Positions 18,368 to 28,724 of a stretch of 64,000 nucleotides of DNA are shown in pieces; within the stretch, counting starts at the first letter, position 1, and each line of letters starts with the position of its first letter. Below the pieces are notes generated by a model that was not told the DNA's origin, did no database searches, and worked only from the letters and a program-made list of their open reading frames with translations. The position numbers and the translations under genes are program-made. Source of the stretch: an uncultured Gammaproteobacteria bacterium (GTDB lineage Bacteria > Patescibacteriota > Patescibacteriia > UBA11705 > JABHMO01); NCBI GenBank assembly GCA_964590105.1, contig CAZPYM010000001.1, positions 1,022-65,021 on the forward strand, read 5' to 3'.

Positions 18368-21253
18368 ATGCGTAGTCATTTGAAGAAAATCTGGCTTAGT
18401 TTTAAAAGTAATCTCAAGCGGTTTTTTGGGGTTGTTAATTTTGTTTTTGTTCCGAAACGTCGGGCTTTCAGAATAGGATTAGTTTTGACTATCCTGATTA
18501 GCGTTTTTCTTGTTGGCACATCTGTCTATGCTGCAGGCGACATAAGCGACAAAATCCTGGATTTTTTCAACTGGGTTCTTTTCTATATTGCCATGGCGCT
18601 CGGCTGGGTTGCTCTAAAAGTATTTGCCTTGGTTATCATTGTCAGTTCATATAATAATTTTGTCACTTCAGCCGCCGTCACCAAGGGCTGGGTTTTGATC
18701 AGGGACGTGTGCAATTTGTTCTTTGTCCTGATACTTTTGGTGATTGCTTTTAACATTATTCTCGGCGTAGAAAAATATTCGCCAAAGAAAATGTTGTTCA
18801 ATGTTGTTATTGCCGCGATCTTGGTGAATTTTAGTAAATTAATTTGCGGGTTGGTAATCGATTTTGGCCAGGTGGTCATGATGACTTTTGTTAATGGCTA
18901 TTCAGCAACAGCCGGCGCGAATTTAGTTGAGGGGCTTGGTTTGAATTATCTTTTAAAAATGAGTGGAGACAATGCCTCGGGGGGGGCGAAGCAAATTGAG
19001 GCGCCGACCAATCTTAGTATTTTCATTGCCTTATTTATAGCGATATTTATTTTGATAATGACAATTTTTGTAACGATTTTCATTCTGGCGCTTCTGGTTA
19101 TGCGCATTGTTCAATTATGGATTTTAGTGGTTTTGTCGCCGGCCGCTTTTATGCTTGAGGCGATTCCTATCGGCGGCATGCAGAAAAGAGCTGGCGACTG
19201 GTGGAGCAAATTCGGCTGGACAGTGGCGGTTGGGCCTTTTATGGCTTTTTTCCTCTGGCTTAGTTTGCTGGTGATGTCAGATCCAGGGAAAAACATGCTG
19301 GCGGATAACATGAAGACCGCGGATGAATTGCAAGCAAAATCAGCCGGATCTACTGTGTCTGGGATTTCGCATCTGGATAAACTCGCTCAGTCGGCTATTG
19401 GACTAGCGCTACTTATGGCTAGTTTAGTGATCGCGCAGGAAGCGGGCGGAGTGGTTGGCGGGGCAGCTGGAAAATTTCAAGGGTATACTGGTAAGATCGC
19501 CAAATCAGTGGGCGGAAGGATGACCGGTTATAACGCGGGTAGAGATAGAGGCGTTGCCATGTATAAGGGATATGCTGAAAAACAGGGCGCAAAAAAAGCA
19601 GAAACAATGGCAAAATATTCAAGGGTGGGAGAAAAAGCGTTTGCGGCTAAAGAGAGCGGTATCCGAGGTTTAAAAAGAACTGCGGCTTTGCCATATACAG
19701 CGGGAAAAATGCTAGCTAAAGGGGGCGCTAAGGGCGCTAAATGGGGCGGTAGAAAGATTGCTGAAACTAAGACAGGAAAAGCTGTTGCTGCAACATATCA
19801 AAAAGTTAAAGGAAAGGCTGGTGGCGCTTTAGCGAATGCAAAGGGGAAAATTGGTGATCGTTTGGCGCAATTGCCTGGAGCTGAATTTGCGGGAAAAGCC
19901 ACAAGAGCTGTTGGAGGTTTTGTTGGAGAAAAAGCAAAGGAGGTCTGGGCAAAGACTGACAAGGCCGGCGTGAGAAATTTGGTAGCCGCTGATGCTGTTG
20001 ATCAGTCAATTCTAAAAAAAGCCAGAGAACAGGGTGGTGAAAATTTATCTGCCAGAAATATCAATAAAGAAGAAGATTTGCGTCGAGTTCTTAATGATGG
20101 CGGCGAAAATAAAGGTTCCAGAGTGGCCGCAGCTATGAAACTTGCCAAAGCCGGTGTCATAGAAAGTCCGAAAGAAGCAAAGCTGATAAGATCTCTGACC
20201 AAGGGAGACAGGGAAGCTTCAGATACAGTACGAGAAGATTTAATGAAGAAACAAGCCAATCATGCTTTTAATATGGATGATCCGAGAGAAGTTGATACAC
20301 TCCATGAAAAAATAAAGAACGGCGACATTGATATAACAAAACAGAACGCATCGGCCTACGGCGACGCCCGGTTTATGCAGGTGAGCAGAGAGGCTCTGGG
20401 TGATAAAGTTTTCGGCAAGAAAATTGGCGAAGTAGCCAAGCGTTCGGCGGAGCACAAAGAAACGGCTACCGGAACGGTCCGCGATATGGCCCAGAGCCAG
20501 CACGCTGAAATAGCGAGATTGCAGTCACTTGCCGCAGATGGAAATCAACCGGAAGCAAAACGTCAAGAAGCGGAAGCAGCTCTTCCAGAAAAGCAAAAAT
20601 CAGCTGATGATTTCAGAAGAACAGTGGCTGAAGTTACTAATGATTTAAATGAGGCTTTTGGCGCTAGAAATGTTGACGGAAGTTTAAACAAGGTGGATGG
20701 CAAGGTTAAAATCGATCCTTCTCAAGAGGCAAATATGGGACAATATATTAGAGGGCTTTCAGGAAAAAGACTGGCTGATTTTGATATGAAGGAAGACGCT
20801 CTTAGCCATATTGCAGTCAATGTGAGCGTTCAACAGCTGGCAAATTTGGCGATGTCAAATGAACCTGGTTCAAATGACAAGGTCCAGCAAATAGTAGAAA
20901 GGATCCATGAAGTAGGCGATACAAAACGCATTACCCAAGTTGCCGGTAATCAAGTGGTAATGGATGCTTTGGGTCAAGAAATAAGAACAAAAGTTGAGGC
21001 CGTTAAAGCGGCTACGCCAGCGCCAACACCGGCAGGTGTTAAAACGGCCGGTGCCGTCGCGCCAGCAGGAGGCGCAGCAACTGCGCCGACAGAAGGCGCA
21101 TCAGCCGCTCCGGCAGAAGGTGCAACAGCCGCAGAGCCGGCAAAGTCACCACTTATAGTTGGCGCAAGTGATGCTGATTTTAATAAAGCAAAACAGGATA
21201 TGAATAAAGCCGGCGGATTTGAGTCAGCGCTCCGCGGCGGCAAAGTGTCATAA
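18368..21253 (+). CDS. VirB6/TrbL-like polytopic membrane protein with long C-terminal tail
   Basis: GWVLIRDVCNLFFVLILL...LVNFS...RIVQLWILVVLSPAAF...WW...GPFMAFFLWL pattern; upstream of PrgI and VirB4 genes. Confidence 0.75.
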   Translation: MRSHLKKIWLSFKSNLKRFFGVVNFVFVPKRRAFRIGLVLTILISVFLVGTSVYAAGDISDKILDFFNWVLFYIAMALGWVALKVFALVIIVSSYNNFVTSAAVTKGWVLIRDVCNLFFVLILLVIAFNIILGVEKYSPKKMLFNVVIAAILVNFSKLICGLVIDFGQVVMMTFVNGYSATAGANLVEGLGLNYLLKMSGDNASGGAKQIEAPTNLSIFIALFIAIFILIMTIFVTIFILALLVMRIVQLWILVVLSPAAFMLEAIPIGGMQKRAGDWWSKFGWTVAVGPFMAFFLWLSLLVMSDPGKNMLADNMKTADELQAKSAGSTVSGISHLDKLAQSAIGLALLMASLVIAQEAGGVVGGAAGKFQGYTGKIAKSVGGRMTGYNAGRDRGVAMYKGYAEKQGAKKAETMAKYSRVGEKAFAAKESGIRGLKRTAALPYTAGKMLAKGGAKGAKWGGRKIAETKTGKAVAATYQKVKGKAGGALANAKGKIGDRLAQLPGAEFAGKATRAVGGFVGEKAKEVWAKTDKAGVRNLVAADAVDQSILKKAREQGGENLSARNINKEEDLRRVLNDGGENKGSRVAAAMKLAKAGVIESPKEAKLIRSLTKGDREASDTVREDLMKKQANHAFNMDDPREVDTLHEKIKNGDIDITKQNASAYGDARFMQVSREALGDKVFGKKIGEVAKRSAEHKETATGTVRDMAQSQHAEIARLQSLAADGNQPEAKRQEAEAALPEKQKSADDFRRTVAEVTNDLNEAFGARNVDGSLNKVDGKVKIDPSQEANMGQYIRGLSGKRLADFDMKEDALSHIAVNVSVQQLANLAMSNEPGSNDKVQQIVERIHEVGDTKRITQVAGNQVVMDALGQEIRTKVEAVKAATPAPTPAGVKTAGAVAPAGGAATAPTEGASAAPAEGATAAEPAKSPLIVGASDADFNKAKQDMNKAGGFESALRGGKVS

Positions 21254-21278
21254 GTAAAGAAAGTATAATCAAGGAACA

Positions 21279-22829
21279 ATGAATTCAAAGACAAAACCAA
21301 CAAAACCATTAGCGCAAATATTGCCACTAAATGTTGCCGCGGCGCTGAATGTTGATTTTGGTGGTCAAACTAATGTTGAGATAGCCGGAAAATTTGGCTT
21401 ATCAGTCGGGCAACTGGCAAGAATGACTGGACTCATCGGCGAGATTTATAATAAAAAAATACCAGTTGGTCAGATTGATTTTGAGCTGGCCTCGCGTTTG
21501 GGTTTGGCAAAAGATAAAGTTGCAAAACTTGCTTTGGAAATTTGCGGTAAACGATTAATGATTGTTAATACGGTCTGGTTTGACGGCGCAGTAGGGAAGA
21601 AAATCAAAGAACTTGGTGGTGTGGCGGATGATTATAATGAATTTATTGCTGAATATGTGGAAAATGTTATCAGCGAAAAAGCAGAAGAAACGGCTACGCA
21701 AAGAATAGAGCAAGAAGAGGAAAAAATTACATTGAAAAAAGCTATAAAGAAAAAGATTGAAGAGGATCCAATTATGTTGAAAGATCCGCTTGCAGAAAAG
21801 CAATCGCTGAAAAAAGTTTTTGGCACTAATGTTGTACATGTATTAAGTTCAGGGGATTATAGATTGAAAATAGAATTAAATATCCGATTGATCACTTTGT
21901 TATTAAACGATGAGCCGGAGCAGGTTTTTCACAAAGAACTTCTGACTGCCCTGTACAACAATCATGAAGTTTTAACTAGTAAAAGAATATTATTAAAAGA
22001 CGAAAAAGTTGAGCCGACTATTAGCAACTGGTTAAAAGATTATGTCGGGTCAGTCGGACAGGATGAAACCGGTAGCGCCATTCAAAAAGCCCAGTACTTT
22101 ACTTCGTCGCCTAATATCCGAGCATTACTAAAAGAAGAAAAAGAGTTGGTCGACGGATTATTTAAATTTTATATTGCTTTGCAGAATTTTTATAGCAATG
22201 TCAGAAAAATGGACATGGAAGATATTTATATTTTTCCTTTTACTCCAAAAGAACAAGAGTCTTTATTAAAAGAAATTAGCGAACTTGAATCGGAAGAAGA
22301 AGAAGAAATTGCGTCGGTTGAAGGAGAAAAAGCAGAAGTAGGGACGATTAACATAATGGAACTATATCAGGACAAACCTGACGATCGTCAGAAAATTGAT
22401 GAGGAAAAGCAAAAGATTGTTCAAAATACGCGTAAAGAATATGACAAGATCGCGGATGCGATGGAGCCATTTTTATTAAATCGAAAGAAGCATAGTATTT
22501 TAGCGTGTCTTGAGCTTTTGGTTGAAACGGGCGCTCTCGATAATATGCTCGGCCAGGATGAGCGTTATCAGGGGTTTTTGTCTGGCTATTTCAAACGCAA
22601 CAATTTGCAGGCAGAAGACGAAAAGTTCAAAAAAGATCCGTATCAGGCAAAATACGTGCAAGCATTTTTACGATTTGTGTTTTTGGAAAGACTTGGCCTG
22701 GCGCCCGAAGAAGGCGCGCGGATCGCTGCCAATTATTCCAATATTTTTCGCAATAAAGGCGCGATTCGATATTCGCAACTAGCTTATTTGGATTTAAGCG
22801 ATAATAAATTTAAGTGGAGTGAATTGTAG
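21279..22829 (+). CDS. hypothetical helical protein in the T4SS-like operon
   Basis: 516-aa ORF, co-oriented; repeated RLGL..D/E..A..A motif. Confidence 0.75.
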   Translation: MNSKTKPTKPLAQILPLNVAAALNVDFGGQTNVEIAGKFGLSVGQLARMTGLIGEIYNKKIPVGQIDFELASRLGLAKDKVAKLALEICGKRLMIVNTVWFDGAVGKKIKELGGVADDYNEFIAEYVENVISEKAEETATQRIEQEEEKITLKKAIKKKIEEDPIMLKDPLAEKQSLKKVFGTNVVHVLSSGDYRLKIELNIRLITLLLNDEPEQVFHKELLTALYNNHEVLTSKRILLKDEKVEPTISNWLKDYVGSVGQDETGSAIQKAQYFTSSPNIRALLKEEKELVDGLFKFYIALQNFYSNVRKMDMEDIYIFPFTPKEQESLLKEISELESEEEEEIASVEGEKAEVGTINIMELYQDKPDDRQKIDEEKQKIVQNTRKEYDKIADAMEPFLLNRKKHSILACLELLVETGALDNMLGQDERYQGFLSGYFKRNNLQAEDEKFKKDPYQAKYVQAFLRFVFLERLGLAPEEGARIAANYSNIFRNKGAIRYSQLAYLDLSDNKFKWSEL

Positions 22830-22904
22830 GGGCGGGGAGTAGTAATTAGTAAGTAGTGAGATCTTCACTCACCATTCACCACTTTTCACTCGTTTCTGTT
22901 TAAT

Positions 22905-24113
22905 ATGCTAAACGATTATATATTAGTAAAAGACAAAGACGGCGAGCTGAAATATTTCAAGGACGGCAAATTTTTTAGTGTTGAGGAAATCGCCGAACAA
23001 AACAAGCAACGGGTTTTGCAAGCCCGGGAGCCAAAAAAGAAAGAATTAAAGCCTGACTTTACTTTGGAAACGCAAAAAAAAGCTGCTGTCAAGCCGATAA
23101 TTATTAAAAAAGAACAAGAAAAACCAATAATTATTGAAAAAGTACCTAAAAAATCAAGCGCCATTGAAAAAGCGCTGGAAAAAACGGTGCGTCCGCTAAT
23201 TCCGCCATTGCCTGCTCATGAAATTGAGTTTGAACAATTGGCCGGCGAAGATGATTTCAATAGCAAAAGATTGGCGGAACAAAAGCTTGTCGGCGTTAAA
23301 GTTGACGAGGCAATAAAAAAATTAAAAATTCAATTCAGCGATCCGCAGATCGAGAGCCGTTTCCGAAATATTTTAACCACTTTTTTCCGCGGAGTCCGAA
23401 CTGTGAGAGAACTCGGTTATATGCTTGGATTGCCGAAAGTCAGCGGAGGATTGGAATTACCAAAAGATAAAATAAGTTTAATATTGGCGGTTTTGGAACA
23501 AGAGCTCGTGGAAATGAACAAAGAGCGCCGTCAGATCGCGGCCAGAATAGAACAAAAGCCGGTTGATTTGGAGCACCGGCTGGAGCCGCCGCCGCCCTTG
23601 ATTATTAAAAAACCTGAGGATCGTTCAGCGGTTGAAAAAACAGCCCGCCGGCTTCAATCCTCTCCGTCTTTGATTAGGAATGAAGTTGGCGCAGATTTAA
23701 GCAGGACTCGCGTTAGCCGGCCGCAACCCGCTCTGCAAAAAAATGTTTTTGCACCGCGGCCAAGAATTGAAGACATGAAGGGGAATCGTCAATTAATCGG
23801 ACCGGTTGAAGAATTGGAAACCATGGAGCTAGGCGATTTTCGTCGGCTTGGCCGAGAAGAACAGGAAATAAAAAAACACTTGCTGGAAAAATTCAAGGTG
23901 CTTGCCGACCAGTCGTTATTAAAAAAATTACAAGGATTAAAAGCCTGGAAATCTTCACCTGTGTATAAAATATATTTATCGATGACTGTTGCAGGGATTA
24001 GAAACAGAGTGCCTCTTTCTCAGGTAATTGAAGATCGTCAATTAAATCATCAAGCGACGTTGACGTTAAGCGAATATGAAATGATTGGACAGCTGAATCA
24101 GGAATTGGAGTAG
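22905..24113 (+). CDS. hypothetical protein in the T4SS-like operon
   Basis: 402-aa ORF; Pro/Lys-rich linkers; GGLEL helical module; C-terminal LIGPVEEL...FRRLG module. Confidence 0.75.
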   Translation: MLNDYILVKDKDGELKYFKDGKFFSVEEIAEQNKQRVLQAREPKKKELKPDFTLETQKKAAVKPIIIKKEQEKPIIIEKVPKKSSAIEKALEKTVRPLIPPLPAHEIEFEQLAGEDDFNSKRLAEQKLVGVKVDEAIKKLKIQFSDPQIESRFRNILTTFFRGVRTVRELGYMLGLPKVSGGLELPKDKISLILAVLEQELVEMNKERRQIAARIEQKPVDLEHRLEPPPPLIIKKPEDRSAVEKTARRLQSSPSLIRNEVGADLSRTRVSRPQPALQKNVFAPRPRIEDMKGNRQLIGPVEELETMELGDFRRLGREEQEIKKHLLEKFKVLADQSLLKKLQGLKAWKSSPVYKIYLSMTVAGIRNRVPLSQVIEDRQLNHQATLTLSEYEMIGQLNQELE

Positions 24114-24211
24114 CAATAGAAAAGAAACTGGAAACTGGAAATTAGGGTTTATTGGAGAAAAGAAAAGCCCTGAATTATGCTTGGTAATATTAGATACGAG
24201 AAACAAAAATT

Positions 24212-24658
24212 ATGCAGCAATTTATCGTGCCCCAATTTATTGATGTGGAAGATAAAATTATTGGCCCGATCACTACGCGGCAATTTGTTATTGTGTTGGT
24301 CGGAGCGCTCGTAACTTTTATTTTATTTAAATTATTAGCTTTTGCGTATTTTGTTTTATCAGCCATCGTGGTGATGCCACTTGCGGCGATGCTGGCTTTT
24401 GCTCGGGTCAATGGCCGACCGGTTCATTTTTTTCTGTTGAATTTTCTTCAGACCTCAAAAAGATCAAAGTTGCGCGTTTGGAATAGAGAAGCGTATGTGA
24501 ATGTAGTCCAGGTGGTGGAAAGCCAAATTAAAGAAAAACCAAAGGTGCAGGCAGTCAAAGCAGCTGTTTCCGGTTCCCGTCTGCGCGATATTTCGCTGGT
24601 GGTAAATACTGGTGGCATTTATCAGGGTGAAGAGATTGCGAATGATTTATCTCAATAA
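24212..24658 (+). CDS. prgI: PrgI-family (VirB3-like) protein
   Basis: MQQFIVPQFIDVEDKIIGPITTRQF, two TM helices, NGRP motif. Confidence 0.85.
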   Translation: MQQFIVPQFIDVEDKIIGPITTRQFVIVLVGALVTFILFKLLAFAYFVLSAIVVMPLAAMLAFARVNGRPVHFFLLNFLQTSKRSKLRVWNREAYVNVVQVVESQIKEKPKVQAVKAAVSGSRLRDISLVVNTGGIYQGEEIANDLSQ

Positions 24659-24770
24659 TAATTTTAATTAAATAATTTCTTCCCCGCTTTAGCGGGATCT
24701 CCTACGTTGGCAGACGGTCAGACTAAGGCCTGCTTGTCGACAGGCAGGCCTGGCGGAAATTAAATTATAT

Positions 24771-25451
24771 ATGCACAGCAAAAAATTAGCCGGCAACAAA
24801 ATAACTCAGTCAACGCAATTATTTTTGGACATTGCCGAAATAAAAAATGACGCCGTGATTTTAAAAGACGGAACTTTGCGAGCGGTTCTGATGGTTTCGA
24901 GCATTAATTTTGCCCTAAAATCAGAAGATGAGCAAAATGCATTGGTTTCTGCTTATGTTACTTTTTTGAATTATTTGAATTTTCCAATTCAGATTGTAAT
25001 TCAATCCAGAAAGCTGGACATTGATGCCTATATCAAGAGAATCGAGGAGGCAGAGAAGAATTTAACTAATGATTTGCTTCGGCGACAGATTGTCAATTAC
25101 AAAGCATATATTAGAGAGCTGGTGGAGCTGGGTGATATTATGAGCAAGCATTTTTTTATTGTGGTGCCGTACAGCCCGCTCGATAGCTCGAAAAGCAGTT
25201 TTTCCAGCCGGTTGTCCGCGGTTTTTACTCCGGCCAAAGTGATCCAACTCAAACAAGAAAGATTTGAAAAATACGCGCATGAATTAAACCAGCGGTTGGA
25301 GCATGTCAACATGAACATTTCCTCTCTCGGCCTCACGACTGCGCGCCTTGATACGCAGAGCTTGATAGAGCTTTATTACAACGTTTATAATCCGGCCATT
25401 GCCAGAAGTCAAAAACTGGTTGATTTGGAAAAATTAAGAGTTGAACACTAA
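24771..25451 (+). CDS. VirB4/TraC N-terminal-like protein (split VirB4 partner)
   Basis: SINFALKSEDEQNAL...NFPIQIVIQSRKLD...FFIVVPY...LIELYYNVYNP; lies between prgI and the VirB4 ATPase gene. Confidence 0.7.
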   Translation: MHSKKLAGNKITQSTQLFLDIAEIKNDAVILKDGTLRAVLMVSSINFALKSEDEQNALVSAYVTFLNYLNFPIQIVIQSRKLDIDAYIKRIEEAEKNLTNDLLRRQIVNYKAYIRELVELGDIMSKHFFIVVPYSPLDSSKSSFSSRLSAVFTPAKVIQLKQERFEKYAHELNQRLEHVNMNISSLGLTTARLDTQSLIELYYNVYNPAIARSQKLVDLEKLRVEH

Positions 25452-25483
25452 TAATTTGAATAAAATAATTGAAAGAATAAAAT

Positions 25484-27379
25484 ATGTTTAAACCAGAAGA
25501 TGTCAAGAAAGCTCCGATAATTTCTGCGCCAATAGCGGTGCCGGAGACTTCTGAGCTACAAAAGACACAAAAAACAGAGCAAGAGGTGGTTGTTCAAAAA
25601 GTGACCATGGAGCAGGAAAAAACTTATAGGGGCGGATTGACATCGGTCCTCGACATTATTGCCCCGGCTGCTTTTGAAGTGACCCCCGATTCTGTGCGGA
25701 TAGGCGGTTTATTTGCCAGAACATTATTTGTAATGACTTACCCCCGCTATATTGCTGTCGGCTGGTTTGCCCCGATTCTTAATTATAATGCCACGCTTGA
25801 TGTAAGTATGTTTTTTTATCCGATGGAGTCTCCGGTTGTTTTAAAACAGTTGAGAAATAAGGTCGGAATTCTGACCGCCCAACTTACTACTGACGCGGAA
25901 AAAGGAGCACCGCGCGATCCAATGAGGGAAACAGCGTTGCGCGATATTGAAAAACTGCGCGATGATTTGACTCAAGGAGTGGAAAAATTTTTCCAGTTTT
26001 CGCTCTATATCACGCTTTATGAAAAAGACATGAAAGCCCTTGATATGCTAACCGAAGATATAGAAGCTGTGCTGGGTACGCGTTCGATCTTGTCAAAAAG
26101 AACTTTTTATCAGGCGGAACAGGGGTTCAGTTCAACCGCGCCTCTTTGCAATGATGAACTGATGATTACCGCCAATCTTAATTCCTCGCCGATTGCCGCT
26201 TCTTTTCCTTTTATTTCCTCGGAACTGACTTCAGATGAAGGAATTTTATTTGGCATCAATCGCCACAATAATAGCTTAATTCTTTTTGACCGGTTTTCTT
26301 TGCAAAATGCCAATTCTTGCGTATTTGCCACTTCCGGCGCCGGTAAAAGTTATACAATCAAACTGGAAGTTTTGCGCAGTATGATGCTCGGCACGGATGT
26401 GATCATTATTGATCCGGAAAGAGAATACAAGAATTTAGCTTCAGCTGTCGGCGGTACCTATATTAATATTTCACTTAATTCGGAAAGTAAAATTAATCCA
26501 TTTGATTTGCCGAGAAAAATGGGCGATATGAGTACGGCAGACATCATCCGGAGCGCTGTCATTACTTTGAAGGGGCTAATGCGCATCATGATCGGTGATA
26601 TGACCCATCAGGAGGATTCAATCATGGATCGAGCCTTGATTGAAACTTACGCGAAAAAAGATATTACTCCGGAAGCTGATTTGGAGAAAATTGAACCGCC
26701 GATTATGCAGGACCTCTATGAGGTGCTTGACGGCATGGAGGGCGCGTCGGATCTGGCGCTCCGGTTGAAAAAATTTACTACCGGCACTTTTTCCGGTTTG
26801 TTCAATTCGCCGACAAATGTGGACATGAATAATCAGCTGGTTTGTTTCACTGTTCGGGATTTGGAAGATGAACTTCGGCCAATGGCGATTTACAATATTG
26901 TTAATTATATTTGGAATGTTGTCCGCTCGGAAATTAAAAAAAGAATATTGGTAATTGACGAGGCCTGGTGGCTGATGCAGCACGAGGATTCGGCGCGATT
27001 CATTTTTGCGCTAGTAAAAAGATGTCGCAAATATTACCTTGGCGTGACTACGATTACGCAGGATGTAAATGATTTTTTGCTTTCACAGTATGGGCAGGCT
27101 ATTGTTACCAATTCAGCCCTAAAAATACTTTTGAAACAAGCGCCGTCTTCAATGGAATTGGTGCAAAAAGTTTTCCAGCTTACCGAAGGTGAAAAATATC
27201 TGCTTCTGGAGTGTAATATCGGCGAAGGAATATTTTTTGCCGGTAATCGGCACGCGGCTATTCGAGTAGTGGCTTCAGGTCTTGAAGACCAGCTGATCAC
27301 GACTGATCCGCGTCAGCTTTTGGAACAAGAAAAAAAGCAAAAGCAGGCTACGGAAGACGAAGCAGAGGTAGCAGTGTAA
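25484..27379 (+). CDS. virB4: VirB4-family T4SS ATPase
   Basis: Walker A ATSGAGKS, IIDPEREY, INPFDL, Walker B ILVIDEAW, RKY...ITQ. Confidence 0.9.
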   Translation: MFKPEDVKKAPIISAPIAVPETSELQKTQKTEQEVVVQKVTMEQEKTYRGGLTSVLDIIAPAAFEVTPDSVRIGGLFARTLFVMTYPRYIAVGWFAPILNYNATLDVSMFFYPMESPVVLKQLRNKVGILTAQLTTDAEKGAPRDPMRETALRDIEKLRDDLTQGVEKFFQFSLYITLYEKDMKALDMLTEDIEAVLGTRSILSKRTFYQAEQGFSSTAPLCNDELMITANLNSSPIAASFPFISSELTSDEGILFGINRHNNSLILFDRFSLQNANSCVFATSGAGKSYTIKLEVLRSMMLGTDVIIIDPEREYKNLASAVGGTYINISLNSESKINPFDLPRKMGDMSTADIIRSAVITLKGLMRIMIGDMTHQEDSIMDRALIETYAKKDITPEADLEKIEPPIMQDLYEVLDGMEGASDLALRLKKFTTGTFSGLFNSPTNVDMNNQLVCFTVRDLEDELRPMAIYNIVNYIWNVVRSEIKKRILVIDEAWWLMQHEDSARFIFALVKRCRKYYLGVTTITQDVNDFLLSQYGQAIVTNSALKILLKQAPSSMELVQKVFQLTEGEKYLLLECNIGEGIFFAGNRHAAIRVVASGLEDQLITTDPRQLLEQEKKQKQATEDEAEVAV

Positions 27380-27402
27380 AAAATAAAATAAAATTTTGAC
27401 TT

Positions 27403-27984
27403 ATGTCCAATAGAGCAAAAGTAATCACAATTATCGTTGTCGGATTATTGGTTATCGCCGGGATAATTTATTTTTTCGTGCGTTCTGAAATGGAGCAAAA
27501 AGGCGTGAAGATGATAGATGAAAATGCGCCAGTGCCTCAGGCGGAAAACACTTTAGGCCAGGAGCCGGCGATCAAAGTTGCGCCGCCCACAAAAGAAGAA
27601 AAGCAGGCTTCCTCAGTAAAAGCAGTGGCGCAGACTTTTGCCGAAAGGTTTGGTTCATATTCAAATCACGCCAAGTATAAGAACTTTGACGAACTTTACT
27701 CCATGATGACTGCCGGAATGGAAGATTGGGTTAAAAACACATATATTCCCCAGTTAAATAATGAGCATAGTTCTGAAGGATTTTATTATCAGATCACCAC
27801 GGAAGCGCCGGTAGTAAATATCGTCGCGCAAACAGAAACAGCGGTAAAGGTTTTGCTTTCAACGCAGAGAAGGGAGCAATCAGGCGAGCAGAGTTCGGAA
27901 TTTTTGCAGGATTTGGAGCTGACTTTGGTGAAACAGGGTAATAATTGGTTTGTTGATGCGGCATTCTGGCAAGAAAGGGAGTAA
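27403..27984 (+). CDS. bitopic NTF2-like (VirB8/TcpC-like) protein
   Basis: N-terminal TM; AQTFAERFGSYSN...LTLVKQGNNWFVD NTF2-type ending. Confidence 0.55.
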   Translation: MSNRAKVITIIVVGLLVIAGIIYFFVRSEMEQKGVKMIDENAPVPQAENTLGQEPAIKVAPPTKEEKQASSVKAVAQTFAERFGSYSNHAKYKNFDELYSMMTAGMEDWVKNTYIPQLNNEHSSEGFYYQITTEAPVVNIVAQTETAVKVLLSTQRREQSGEQSSEFLQDLELTLVKQGNNWFVDAAFWQERE

Positions 27985-28004
27985 AGTGTTTTTGCCCTAT
28001 AGGA

Positions 28005-28724
28005 ATGAAAAGCAATTGTAAAATAGTGTTCAATAAAATTTGGGAAAATGCGCTTGACTGTATTTTCCCAAAAGAATGTTATGATTGTGGAAAAGAGGGG
28101 GAATATTTATGCCCCTCTTGTTTTGATAATATTCAGTTGATTGAAAATTTCCCCTGTTTCTTTTGCAATGAACCTGGACACGACAGGGGCGTTTGTTCGG
28201 TTTGTTCGGCCAAGACGCAAATTGACCGGGCGATCGTGGCGGCAACTTATCTGAATAATTTAACCGGCAAGCTGGTGGAGGAATTTAAATACAATTTTGT
28301 TGAAGATTTAAAAAATATTCTGGTTAAGATTTTACAGCGGCAGATTGATCGCCGGCAGCTGGCAGGCGTTTTTTGGAACCACGTTTTGCTTCCGATACCT
28401 CTTCACAAAAAACGCCTGGCCGAGCGCGGGTTCAACCAATCCGCCGAGCTTGCCAAAGGGCTCCGGATAAAATATAATTGCACAGTGGATGAGAGCCTTT
28501 TGAAGCGGGCGAAAAACACCAGCCAGCAGGCCAAGCTGAACCGCGAACAGAGGCTGGACAATCTGCAAAACGCCTTTGTATTTAATCTAAAAAAACAACC
28601 GCCGGAAAGAGTAATTTTGCTTGACGATGTGCTGACCACAGGCGCGACTTTTTGCGAGGCGGCCAGAGTTTTAAAAGAAAGAGGCGTAAAAGAGGTGATT
28701 TGTCTGGCGATTTGCCATGGATAG
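28005..28724 (+). CDS. comF: ComF family protein (double zinc ribbon plus PRTase domain)
   Basis: FPKECYDC..LCPSC..CFFC..CSVC; PIPLH..R..ERGFNQ; LLDDVLTTGAT. Confidence 0.92.
   Translation: MKSNCKIVFNKIWENALDCIFPKECYDCGKEGEYLCPSCFDNIQLIENFPCFFCNEPGHDRGVCSVCSAKTQIDRAIVAATYLNNLTGKLVEEFKYNFVEDLKNILVKILQRQIDRRQLAGVFWNHVLLPIPLHKKRLAERGFNQSAELAKGLRIKYNCTVDESLLKRAKNTSQQAKLNREQRLDNLQNAFVFNLKKQPPERVILLDDVLTTGATFCEAARVLKERGVKEVICLAICHG

Noticed and set aside
18368-27984. Integrative conjugative element or prophage
   Set aside because: No integrase, relaxase, att repeats or phage structural genes; the cluster is continuous with housekeeping genes.
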